A DNA stretch of 64,000 bases from Mizuhopecten yessoensis (lineage: Eukaryota): assembly GCF_002113885.1 (NCBI RefSeq), contig NW_018408079.1, forward strand, positions 4,010-68,009, written 5' to 3'. Positions 35,876-48,892 of this stretch are shown one piece after another. The position numbers and the translations under genes were made by a program. Under the pieces are notes generated by a model that was given only the letters and a program-made list of their open reading frames with translations, made no database searches and was not told where the DNA came from. Each line of letters begins with the position of its first letter. The stretch's first letter is position 1.

Positions 35876-37972
35876 AAATTATATCTTGAAAAGTTGTTTT
35901 AGTGAAATACTTTGATGAAATCTATTCTAGGTAAATACTTTCATGAAGACTGTTTAGTTTAATACTTCCATGAAAGTTGTTCTAGTTTAATACTATAATG
36001 AAATTTGCTCTGATTTAATACTTTAATAAAATAAATTTAATATAAAAAAATGTTCTGGATGAATCTTGAAAAGTTGTTTTAGTTAAATACTTTTATTGAA
36101 GCTGTTCTAGGTAATTACTATCATGACTGTTGTTATTGGTAATAACTAGCATGAACGTTTTTCTTTTCTTTAATGCAATTAGTGGAGTTCTAGTTAGATA
36201 TTTATCATTTGCTATATTAAGTTCGACATCATGTTGTCGACTGTCACACTGTTTGATCAGTAAAAGTGAAATTGAACACATTTTGTTCGGTAGATTCTGA
36301 ATGATGCCAGCTCTCACTTCAACATAAATCGAAGATTGTTGTCTTACAAAACTGAGTAATGTACATATCTATGACGATGTTTGTTTCCTCAATGGTGTAT
36401 TGTGCGTATTCTAACTAGGGTCAGGATGTCCTCGCCAGTTACAGTGAGATAATTATTCTATTCTTAAGCTAACTTTAAGGATTTGTTCTTTGTATTTTAG
36501 AGGAGTTAAATGACCTTTTTCCCTCTGTTAGGAGTTCATTTTGTACATACTTCATTCATCCAGTAAACTGCAAGTCGGTCTATATATTGTACAGTCACAA
36601 CATTTCATAGTGCATATGTATTTTCTTTTTACAATATTAAATCGATACAATCATAATTATGGAGTGACTAATTGATGGAACGCATGTAATTTGTCATACT
36701 CCAGTAAAACAATTCTAAGTCGAAGAAGAGAACGCAGCTTCAAACAACAACAAAAATAACAACAACAACAACAACATATTGCCTTAACATTGCTTAAATC
36801 TTACTAAATTAAATAATATTTATTTCACCGTAACCAATTGGCTCATACTAAAAATCTATGTTAAGAATACAAATGAAAACATTAATGGTGCGTGTTATAA
36901 AAAAAAAGCTTTGATCGTTTACCTTAGCTGACGTCAAGCAAAACATTTTGTTTTATATACTTTAATACACATCGGTATTAAAAGCTCGTGTGCTGTGCTC
37001 AAATATTTTAAATGTATTCACTTAAAATGTTAAAGGTTCAAATATCGTTATTAAAAATCATAAATAACTATATAAAATAAACGGCTTCTTCTGAAAAAGT
37101 AATATAAATGACCATGGGTCTGAAGCAGGCGAGGACAAAAGGGATTGGACATCAATGACATAGACTAAATTTGAGGGTTGTATTGTGTACCTCAAAATGC
37201 CAGGGAATCCCCTTACTTGCGTAATCACTAGGCTGGTACTGGTACTTTGAAGATTAGAGAGGAACGACACTGACTTCAAGGATCAAACTAGTCCACTTGT
37301 ATCATCCGATTTTTCCAGGGGTAAAGAGAAAGAAAGTGAGGTCTGTCTCTGGGGTAGCATAAGTGACATTATTTAAATATTGCAACAAATAAGATGTGAA
37401 ATTTAGAAACAATCTGGAAACACAGATCCAAAATGATGTTGATCCTATTTAATTAGATTCGACCTATACTCCCCTATTTAAAGATCGTAGATACGGGTCC
37501 TTTGGCGTTCTTGTTTCTATATACAACAACTAAAATTAAAGATGTTATTTCATCTGTAAGTCGTTTAAGATGAATTTGCGAATAAATCTGAACACTTAAA
37601 ATATTACACACCTAATCATACCATTCGTATATTATTTTACTTTTCTTGTGTTTTTAGTATATTAGTTACTTAACACTTTGTTATCAGTTCTTACATATTT
37701 CTTTATAGACAGTGGTTTTTATTTATCATTTACCATAATTAGCAAGTTAATAGTTATACTCAGAAATCACCTACTACATTTGTATCCGTACGCATGCTAA
37801 TAAATACACGAACCGCCATCCTGTCCTGTGGTACCTCAATTGATTAATGATGACCGGAAATGGGCTCCATTCAGTCGGTCGATACTCCGTCATATAACAA
37901 CAGAGTGGTCACCAGGCCACACACTACTCTCAATAGTCTACTGACTGCTGCTGTTCCACTGACGACAGTACA

Positions 37973-39022
37973 ATGAATGTCTGCCTCTGGTACCGCATAC
38001 TTCTGATTGCCTTGTTGCAAGAATTCATCGAATGCAAACATTCTTCATTTGCATTGCACCAACACGATACATCTAATCTTAACGGAAATTATGCATTCTT
38101 TACATTTCAAAATATTTCATCACTACAACAATGTGCAAAAAAATGTCATTTTGCCGATGACTGTAATGCATTTGTCTTTCACGCAGATCAGAGCGTTTGT
38201 CAGTTTGTACAAAACGGCAGCTACCCTTACACGGAATTGAAGTCTGTGTTTGCTTCTATACCGCCAGAAACAGAATTGAATTCTGTATCTGTTTCTACAC
38301 AGACATACACAGAATCGAATTCTGTATATGTTTCTACACAGTCGAACACAGAATTGAATTATGTATCTGTTTCTCCGTCGCCATTGTGTCATTCCATGTC
38401 TTCTTCGACCCCATCCGGTGTGTACAACATCACACTGGAATCTGGGAATGTGATGTCCGCTTACTGCGACATGGACACGCTTGGTGGAGGATGGACAGTC
38501 ATTCAAAAGAGGTATGACGGGAGTTTGAACTTTTACAAAACTTGGGAAGAATACAAACAAGGATTTGGAGATCTAAACTTTGAATTTTGGCTCGGAAATG
38601 AAAACATGCATTTGTTAACGTCGTCTGGAAGTCATGAACTCCGTATAGAGATGGAAGATGTCGACGGTAATGCTTATTATGCCAGCTACATCTCATTTTC
38701 TGTAGACGGGGAAAGTTTCAAGTATTTGCTAAGTGTATCGGGATTTAGTGGAGATGTGTTTAAAGATCAGATGCTGTATAACGACTTTACCAGATTCTCT
38801 ACAAAGGACAGCGACAACGACGACTATTCTTCACAGGATTGTGCCGAAAATTTACAGGGTGGATGGTGGTACGCAGCGTGTGGAACAACCAACCTGAACG
38901 GAGCGTATAACCCATCACATAGTAGTGATGAGACTGCGATGCACTGGAGAGAACTAACAGCTACATCTCCGTATTATACCACTCTCAGAGCGTGTAAGAT
39001 GATGATACGCCCTGTGACATAA
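37973..39022 (+). CDS. Secreted PAN/apple + fibrinogen C-terminal domain protein (FReD-1), single coding exon, intact
   Basis: 349 aa. Signal-like N-terminus; PAN pattern CAKKCHFADDCNAFVF...CQF; Ser/Thr repeat linker; FReD motifs SGVY, YCDMDTLGGGWTVIQKRYDGS, FYKTWEEYKQGFG, EFWLGNE, FSTKDSDND, CA...GGWWY..C...NLNG, MMIRP. Confidence 0.95.
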   Translation: MNVCLWYRILLIALLQEFIECKHSSFALHQHDTSNLNGNYAFFTFQNISSLQQCAKKCHFADDCNAFVFHADQSVCQFVQNGSYPYTELKSVFASIPPETELNSVSVSTQTYTESNSVYVSTQSNTELNYVSVSPSPLCHSMSSSTPSGVYNITLESGNVMSAYCDMDTLGGGWTVIQKRYDGSLNFYKTWEEYKQGFGDLNFEFWLGNENMHLLTSSGSHELRIEMEDVDGNAYYASYISFSVDGESFKYLLSVSGFSGDVFKDQMLYNDFTRFSTKDSDNDDYSSQDCAENLQGGWWYAACGTTNLNGAYNPSHSSDETAMHWRELTATSPYYTTLRACKMMIRPVT

Positions 39023-42000
39023 CTTATACCAAACATACAACATCACGGCTGCATCAGGCTGTATACAATGCATGTGATACGTCGCTCGGAGCATGTAAAA
39101 TGATGGTAGAGAACGCCCTGTAAATGCACTTTAAATCAAGCACATCACATACATCACGTGAACTTTGTGATACTGCGGCACACTTATAACATTTTTGGTA
39201 AAAACATTGTGTGATAGAATAAAATGGGTAGAGCGTTTGTTTATACTTCAAATCTGATACGTTAACGACGGTTGATGGTTTCTTAAACAGTCGCACTATG
39301 TCAGGGAAGAGAAGAGGTATCAAGATTGTTTCATCGCGTAAAATAGAGCGTTTTCTTTACGTCAATTAGATTATAAATCATCCACAAAATAGGTCAATAA
39401 TTTTAAACTAAAAGACTTCACATTTAGATGTAAAATATTTTTAAAAATTGTTTATTTACGTGTATTTAATACAAGGTAAAACACACAGGCTCAATATTTG
39501 GGAACTATGGGACGTGCTATTGAACAAGGTTAAACATTAATTTATTTCTGGAAACTATTTGACGTGTGTTTTATACAAGTTTGACATACAGGTTCAATTT
39601 TTGAAACTATGTTACACATGTGATTTGTACAAATTTAGATCTCAAGGTTCACACTTTCCTACAAGAATTTTTTCCAGTTTATTTACATATAGTTATCAGA
39701 CCGTAAGTAAATGGCTGGCTTTGTGAATAGCCTTTCCTCCTTGGTATGTCTGCTGCTTCTAGAAAAGTTGTAAGAAAGTGTACATTTTCATCTCGGATCC
39801 GCATCGTACAACATCATATTTGCTGTGGATTGAAGTTTGCATGGATTTCAGTTTCGCTGTTTGTTATCGCTATTTCTCAGAAAGCAGTGTTTTTTCTCAC
39901 ATTATGTACACATATTCCTATTTTAACGTTGCTGTGTAACGTATTTTGTTGGTGGATATGAGAACTGTTTGACAGCTACATGTATGAAGCCATCTTCGAT
40001 TACAGATATAAAGTTTGTAAACTTTGTTTTGCAGAAAAGAGAGGCTAGATCTGTCTCAACCTTTAGCACACACTCCCTCTAGGTGCTTACTCAGGCAAAA
40101 TGATTTCTCAGTAAGTTTAGGTAATAAGAACACTACTGCCAGTGACACATTTTGGATATTAGGTCCAACGTTTGGTATATATTTATACATCTTTCCTTGG
40201 TTCATATTTTGCCCAGTTTTATCAAGTCGTTTATATTCTATTGTTGTTTTCCCACACAGTTTCATTTTCTTTTGCTTTGAAAATCCTGTAATAATTCTAA
40301 ATAGCTCGTGGTGATAGGCGTACATTGAGTTATTTCATATAATTGTATATAGGTTTTTGGTAGTTTACTGCAGGTACAATTTTACCTCATTATTACATAA
40401 ATATTGTCATCGACATATTCATTCAATATGTACAAGTCTTGATAAAGTCTATAAAGTTAGTGATTATTTTATGTTATCTTTTGTATAAAATGTTACAGTA
40501 ATCATACGAACAATTTATCTGTTGGAGCTGTTGATAAATTTTGCATCATAGGAAAAATAAACTAGTAAAACGTTGATGTCAAAAACGCTCAATTTAAAGT
40601 TTTGTATAGCTTTGATGATTTGTATATTTTGTAAATTGTTATTGTAAATGTGCTTTATAATTGCAACCGATGTTTTTGTTTTTTTTTATTGATTACATAG
40701 CAAGGAGAATGTTGACATAATTAACCGATAGATGTGTTTGTTTGAAGCAATAGATCATTGCTATTTTCATCATTTATAACATTAAGCATATTTTCCTTGT
40801 AATGATCAATCTTATAAGATTGAAATAAAATATTTCTTGAATTGAACTGCTCTGATCAGTTATCAGAAAGTCCTGAAGCATTGAGCTCCTTTCGAATGGC
40901 AAGGATGGATAATATAACTGCCAACTGCAGTACAAAAAATGAAGGGCATTTGCGACTGTTTATTTATTTAAATGTTCAATGGTTTCCCTTATGTATGTGT
41001 ATATATTGGTCAAAAACGGGACAAACTGGTTTATATCGCAACTCTGAAACACCAGTTACCGTGTATAAATATCGATGTATTTAGCTTTACGAATTACGTA
41101 CCTGTAGTATTCAACGGGAAACACGATAAAAATATTCTTTTTTGTACAAAGACGAACGTGATGCTGTTCAGAAAGTCCAAGAAATAGTACTATAAACGGT
41201 GGTGCGATATTCTAATGAAGCCTTGCACGATAACAAGGTTTGTATTTTGAATTAATAATGTCTTATTACAATGCCTCTTGTTTGTTTTTATCTTATAAGA
41301 CTTTAAAAGCTGTAATCAATCGTCATAGTCATATAAATACCTTAGTACATAGTACATGTATAAAAATGTCCAAAACTGAAGAACCAACCACAAATTCTTC
41401 TAAGTTAAGAGTTTAAAGTATACATTACAGATATAGCAAAGAGTATAAACTTGATACTTCTAGTACTTCATTTTGTGCAGTTAAATATTGAATCGTTCAC
41501 GTGTTTCATATGAAAATAAAATTTAACAAGAATATTACAAACACACAATTTAGCAAATTCACTTGGTCAGGCTCTTCCGGAGACTGGTGGTACTTGTGTT
41601 AACACTCGATGACAAATATTTGGTTTGATTCCAATAATTCCTCAAATGTAATTGCTTAGAAACGAACAAATCAAACCGACATTCTACAGTAGAATCTCAT
41701 TGCTGACTTTTGACTGGCGGTCAGTTAAACGATTAATTCTTCTATTCATTTGTCAAGGTTGAAGTCACAACTCCCACATTTCAATACCACGGATAAAGCG
41801 TATCGATCATAAATTTTAGATAAAACAGATAACACATTATCATTATAAGCAAACTCGTTATCCCTAGACTGCTGATAATGGTATCTTAACCACTTTCTGT
41901 TTGTAAAGAAAGAGACGCTGTTGAATTAGTGTGTCTAAAATAAATGTTTGAAAGTGTTTGACACACAGCCATTAATGCCTGTTTACAAATACCGTTACGA

Positions 42001-42559
42001 TTAATTGAGTTTATTCTAATATTGTAGTAGCCTTAATGGTGTTTGCACAGTTGATTCAACACTTTAGAGATTGATGATTATATCAGATATGTCGCATGTG
42101 TAAATATTGTAATATCATATGACTGTATTTTTACCGTTAACAATGTATGTTCTAATGCTGTGGTGATGTTTTATCCGATATTTTGTATCTATTATTACTT
42201 ACTTATTGTTATTTGCATGTGCTTCAATACAAATTGTCTTGGGGGTTTTCAATTTCAAATTATCCTGTCTAATTGTCTATTGTAAACGCCCCCCAGTACC
42301 GATATAAGACCTATGCATAATATATATATATATGCAGACATTTTGGTTTTATTTTCTATACGTTATATGACTGAAAATTTGATGGAATATCTTTGTTTCA
42401 TTAGGGTATGAAAACATTGTTTATTTGCAAATATTGTTATTCTACACGCGGATGGTTTTTTTTTATCGTCATTGTTAGAAACAAATAATTAAATACGGTA
42501 AAAATAAAGTATGGCAAGAGGAAAAAAATACAGCGTGATTATCCGACCTTCACTTTGTA

Positions 42560-42965
42560 GAATAAGTCTTCTCAAAGTAATCTCAACCCGAGGGGTAATA
42601 TTCTCAAGTTGTCAAACACGAGGCTTGCCGAGTGTTTGACAGCTTAATAATCTTACCCCGAGGATTGAAATCACACTGTCTCACTCCCAAGGGGGTGAAT
42701 GATTATTTTTCTCTTACCCTGTTTACCCTCTTATGTATTTTATATAGACATTACATCAATGCAAGACGATGTTGATGTGATGCGGCTGAATTGTCGACGT
42801 GACGTCATTGTAGTGTTGCCGTGACGTCATGGTATTGTTGCTATGACATTATACAATTGTTGAGAACGTGCAAAGAACACGTGTAGCTTGTCTCAACCCT
42901 ATGGTGAGATAAGAAAATCTCACACCGGTAAAATGGTGGATATCCCAATCCAGGGTAAGAGAAAA
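42560..42965. mobile_element. Palindromic non-autonomous element
   Basis: Hairpin GGGGTAA...TGTCAAACAC-GAGGCTTGCCGA-GTGTTTGACA...TTACCCC (42590-42660), plus inverted TTTTCTCTTACCCTG (~42707) / CAGGGTAAGAGAAAA (42951-42965). Confidence 0.65.
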
Positions 42966-43277
42966 CATTGTCGTTGACGTTGCCAAGTAGCTTGGAATGC
43001 TAGCTAACGCATCCTCAGCTAATGACGACTGTCTTGATTTACCGGTCTGATGATTTTTGAGGGGAAATGTATTTGTTTATGCGAATATCAGGTTGAAAAC
43101 TAGTTAAGAAGGACAGAAGTGTGTGGTTACCGTTTATTGTTGTGTCTTGCACGGTCTCTTAAACATGTATTAAGCTGAACAACAAAAGATAGGAGGTTTT
43201 TCAGAGAAGTATGAAAAGAATAAACCTATCAACATGATTTAAATTTTTGGTATTAAAACAATAAGTAAAAGATGATA

Positions 43278-43563
43278 CAAATATGGTAGTCGCTATTTTC
43301 TGCTTATAGTTCAGCATTTAGGGGAATGGCAACAACTGGTTTATCCGCTGTCAGTATAATTAGACAAGGCAAAATGCTGTGCTGGATATGCTTTCGGCAT
43401 GGCATTTCATTGAGATAGCACTGTAATGTCGGTATAAGATCACCAATATACCCTGCATCCGGCATACATACACGCATGCATACAGGCACGAAACACATGA
43501 AGGCACATCCTCAAATGACCTTTGCTTATGAAAGGACGTTAACCCCTGGGCAACCAACCAACC
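43278..43563 (+). mobile_element. SINE family A, 5'-truncated diverged copy
   Basis: ATGGTAG...GTTCAGCATT...CAACTGGTT...GTCAGTATAAT...TTCGGCATGG...GAGATAGCACT...AAATGACCT and a (CAAC)n tail. Confidence 0.75.
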
Positions 43564-46099
43564 GTCAGACGTCTTACCGTGCCCTAGATGGGATTTAATA
43601 ATGCCATTTGTGTTGCAGGAAATGAATACCATTTAAATAAATCCTGGTATCGTCCTCCTCTGTAAGGTTGTTCATGGTAACTGTTCTTTTATTGAGACGT
43701 TTTTCTTAGTTTCTGTTGTTATCATTTGATGTGCAGTGTATAATGAAATTTTTGCGACAGCGAAAACATGATTTGTAGCAAAGCTTTTGGTGGGATGGGA
43801 TGCTTTAATAATATTGGTACAAAAGAGTCAACTACGTGTAAAATAAAGAGTTATTTGTTAAATGCTGCTGTTTGATTAATATTGTAGTTCACGTTTATCC
43901 ATATTATTAGATCAAAGCACACCGAATGGCTTGAATGTATATACAGGGTAATCGATTATCTATACCTTCTTATATCATCAAGCATTCATCATTTCCTATT
44001 TCACCAAGACTTAAGGTTAAATATACACTGCTATATCAAACAATGGTTATCACTACAAGGTAATTCCGTTTTGAGACAAAGACCTTTGTATTTCAAATGA
44101 CAGTTTATACATTGTCTGAGTTTATATACATGTATGCCATATTTGTTAAGCTAATTGAGACCAAAGTTTTTAATCATTGTTTATCAACTATACGCATCAA
44201 GGTTAACTTACAATGAAGGCCATTTAGTGTGGTACAAGTGCGTGGTTGTCAGGAAAGTCGAGTCGACCTGATATGCAACTAAGAATGCCGTCCAAAGTGT
44301 TTTATAATAGATGGTAAGTCCGACAACTAAGAATACGGTTTCTGTTATGACGTACCAATAAAGCCTAGTCAACGTGATGATTAAAAAACGTTTTTAGTAT
44401 AACGTGATAACAATAAGGTCATATGCGAAATTCAGGAGATGGCGAGGATCTCATTTAATTTTATTACAATACATTGTACCATACTGAAGGCACCTCGCAC
44501 AGCCTGGGGATTAAACCGTTTGCATAAGCATATATTCTATACAGGGAAATGTTATTGTCAACAATGTACTATAAAACCATTGGCATGTGCCGTCATGGTA
44601 CTAAGGAAAATGCCTGTTATAAAATTCGATTGTGGTATTGCCCTTCGTCTGTTCCCTACCTCTAGACCAATATTAGGCTGCTGTATCTATAACGCATAGC
44701 TTTAGGGGTCGTCGAAACCCGATCTACAGCGACATGGGGAAGGGAGGGTTAAAAATTAGAAAGGAAATTAAATACGCAATTTCAAAATGAAGGCATAATT
44801 TTGTTAATGGCCGTTTATTTCGACAAATTCTAAAATAAATCAAGACTCACTTAGAAGTTTTACAACGATATCACTATATGACACACGTTTTGCTTTGGAA
44901 AAAAAATCATCGCTTGATTATCCCTTTTCCAAATTCTGTAGTTATCACTAAGCCATACCTCACGTTAGGGCACACTGAACTTGGATTAATATTTACATGA
45001 CGAGTTTTGTTGATGAACGTGAACGCTTGATTCTATTTCTAAGTACTTTTCAAGGGTCTTTTTGGGGTGTTTTTTCAAAAGTTATCAATTCTGAGTTTGA
45101 ATAATGTTTTCCCATGGTATAATCGTGCTTTCTTCTTTTTTATCACTTAACTCAAATTGTCGAATTGTACCACGAAGTTCTTCTATTATTATTAATTATT
45201 AAATAGAAAAGAAAATATTTCTGTCGGTACGGTTACCAAAACTCTTTTTTTTTACAATCACAATTTGTTTTTAATTCAAAGGTATCGTACACCAAAAAAC
45301 AAGCACAACATATAAATAATAACAAAATTCATATCTTTCATATGAGCATTTATAAAGCTATATTTCCTGTATGATTTGTTCTTACTGCAATAGTTAAATG
45401 GTAATAGAATTAAGAAGTTAGATCGGATACTTTATAAACAGCCTGCACAATAATGTATAGCTTACTCAAGTTAACTCCTGTCGAATGGGGCAGATTTGGA
45501 CAATTGTGTCAATGTCACACTAGCTGGCACATATCAAGTTAATAAAATCGATTTCTCCTTTGGAAGAATGTTTTTAATAGTTCTTTTTGATCTGTTGAAC
45601 GTTATCTATTGACATGCAAAATATTATAGTTCTTCTTTTCGACGTTTTAAATTCTCAATATGTCTTGTAGCAAAAGGTTTACCTGCGTTAGTTGAAATAT
45701 TTCACAGGTTCAGATGAAAGATAGAGTAATAATAAACACATAGTTTTTCGTTATACTCACATCGTTTACTTCGAAACTGCAACACATTTTACATCTTTAA
45801 TATACAGTAAGAGGTAATCCTCCCGAGTAGTTATTTTTATGAATCGGCTCCTATATTGCCCAGTGGATGAGGTGATATGTTAACACCTACAAAGTAACAA
45901 AACTCTTCTTTAAACTGTTCACGATTTAACTATTGTTATCGCTTCACAAAATGGATTAAACAGGGAAAATACAAAACATAAAAGGATTACGGCATCATTG
46001 GTTTGTCCATATGTGTTGTTGATGAACCCCATACAAATACATTTACATTACTTATCTAACAAGCAGCGTTGACGTTCTAAGAAACCTTCATGAATATAG

Positions 46100-46760
46100 T
46101 ATTGACGTGATAATGATATAAACAGAAACATTTAACTCGTAGAAGGAAAGTGGAATCCTTAACATTCCACGAGTAAAGAATAAAATATCCTTAAATATAA
46201 CAAGAAAAATAAATACATCATGAACTGCAACAAAAGTACAACGGAACGGATTCTTAACTCTAGCGTGAGGACTAAAGAGGAAAATCATTTAGTTAGAAGA
46301 ACATTGATATATCCCTAACTGAAGGTTAGCAAATACATCTTACCTTTAACACAGAGGAATACATCACATATTTAAATAAATGACATCCCTTCTCTCACAA
46401 CAAGATAAAGTGTCCTTCAATCTTTAACTAGAAACAGAATAATACATTGTTAGCTCTAAGATGTATTTTAACTATTACTAGAGTAGAGGAAATGGAATTA
46501 TCATGCCTTAGTCAGAAGAATACTACCCTGAACTCTTACTTTTGTAAACATAAATCAATCCTTATCTCTAGGACAGAAGACAAGATGTCTTTAAACTTAC
46601 TAGAGGGCAGACACAAAAAATCCTTGACTTGACTAGGACAGAAGAATAAACATTAAGCCCTAACTTTAAGACAGAATACTGCAGTATTTACTAAAATTGA
46701 AAATACAGACAAGCACATCATTAGTTCAAGACAGAGAACAACACATTTACGTTTAACTCT
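46100..46760. repeat. Degenerate ~31-bp tandem repeat (…CCTTAACT…ACTAGAGGACAGAAGAATAAACAT…)
   Basis: Recurrent ACATCCTTAAC / ACAGAAGAATA words at ~30-bp spacing, highly diverged. Confidence 0.5.
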
Positions 46761-47026
46761 CAATAGAAGACCTATCAAAAAACGATCAAATGACGTTACT
46801 TATCGGGCCTTTTATTGATACAAATTACCAACCATATTGTAAGATACTGTTTGTGATAATGTTGTTGAAATACACATGAAAAAGCTTTGTTTATCCTAAT
46901 GGGAAGTAAAATGTAAATCAATCACAAAAACAATAACGTTTATTGTAATGCGGATATGATAATATACGTTTCTTAAGTTAATTAAAACTTCAACAGCTGA
47001 TACATATTGGAGTTTTATGGAATATA

Positions 47027-47525
47027 ACGCTGGGTGTATCATCATTTTAGAAGCTCTTAAAGGCGTGAAGTCATCAGTTCCCGGATAGAAATTTCTCCAA
47101 CACATCGATTTGGTGTCCGAGCCCTGTGCCATTTTGTAAGGACCGTTCAAGTTAGAACGATAACAATGGCTGTACAACCACGCTCCTAGATAATATTGTG
47201 CACAATTAAATGTAACATGGATGTCGTTATCCCTATCCTTGGTCGTTAACTCAAAGCCGTTATGGTATTAGAGGCTGTCCGTCAAGTTTCCTGTGAATCC
47301 CGACACCGACAATTAAAAGTTATCTTCTTCCGGTCCAATTGCAAACGAGTCGGAAATAGCGACTCTGACACTTTATTCATATCTTGCATTATAATCACGA
47401 GTTCGTATGCTGTAGCTGATGTAAGGTCATGAAGAGCATCATTACCAATCCAGTATTCACTGTCGGAATTCCCAAATCAATTCTTGTATTCAACCCAGGT
47501 TCTTTAGAAGTCCTGATCTCCAGTC
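47027..47525 (-). pseudogene. FReD pseudogene (FReD-2); weaker N-terminal remnants may extend to ~47800
   Basis: GDQDF*RTWVEYKN*FGNSDSEYWIGNDALHDLTSATAYEL...[30 protein letters not shown]...[23 protein letters not shown]...SKMMIHP, with 4 stops and a frameshift. Confidence 0.9.
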
Positions 47526-48892
47526 GAATACAAGAAATGTCGCATCCTCGCATCGAGATATCAGGTAATGTTTACAATACCACAATGCACTCTAGTGAGC
47601 ATAAAAAAACTCATTGACTTTCATATCTCACAAAGTAATAGCATTTTACTCTGCGATATCCTGATCCCGACCATAACACATGGAAGTCATGATATTCGGA
47701 GCAAGCTCTTGAGTACCGAACCAACTGCAACATGTAGACACAATTGATAGGAGAAGCAGGGATACTGCTATCAAGAAAGGGAAAGGGCATGATTGCATAC
47801 TGCTGTGACGTCCTCAACTATTCTTTGACATACTCAATAATAACTTCTTCTTTGTGAGGGAACTTCCTGTATTCAACTTTGGTTGTGACATATAAGGTGG
47901 GGACCATATTGATATTGTTCAATACATTATGATAACACTCATAGGCATGTCAATGAACATATGTTATATAAAACGGAAATCAAAACATTATTTTAATCAA
48001 TGTAGACGTTTATGATAATATTTTATTTTACTTCCAAGATAGGGGCTTAATATGATAGAAGATTCTATCATATAATAAATATGTTTTCTGCTTTATCTTA
48101 AATACACTAGAAATCTCATTGATTTCAGTTTTGTGTTTACCCTTAGGAATCTATGAGAGATGTGCAATTTAGCATCACATAGTATACCGTAAGACGGTTT
48201 GGTTTATGTACCAATATTTCTGTGTTGTATTTAATATTCAAGTTACATTTAATGAACTGTTTTCGAAATAGGAAATATACCGGAACACCGCATTCAACCA
48301 CTTATTTACAGCGACTCGCCTAGGCAAACTGGTTTCCAAACTGACAGTGTAAACAGATAAGGACATAATAGTTGCAAGAGAAATACTAAGCATCTGGTAG
48401 GTACACATAATATACCGTAAACAGTTATTTTCCTGATCTTAGTTTGGTGAAACATTTTGAACTAAAGTAAACTAGTCAGGGACCAAACAAACATTACAAC
48501 AGAGTGCACACTTTACAAAATAGTTCTCTATACACTGTAAGCACAAAATCATCAATGAGATATTGTGGAGCGGCAGATATACAAAAGCTGAATAAAAGCT
48601 GTAGAATTCGAAAACAGAATATTATTTGTCTGCGAAGCAAAATCAATTTCAACAAATCTTTTGAATGTTTGAGAAACCATTATACCGTGTGACAGATGTC
48701 AACCTTAAACAGATTTATAGAAAATATCAAAGATAATGGACCCCGATTGAGTAGACTTATGACATGTAAGGAGATGTGTGTTTGAATGGAAAAAAAAGGT
48801 CGCAGTTGCCTTGACGTCTTGATGGAGACATCAGGATAAGCACTCACAAAGTAGACGTCTTCTCATGTAACGTTATAAGACAACCTGTGAAC

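Noticed and set aside
39960-40325. Possible degenerate I/Nimb LINE C-terminal fragment on the minus strand
   Set aside because: Only vague resemblance (..KLTEKSFCLSKHL..) and no diagnostic motif.
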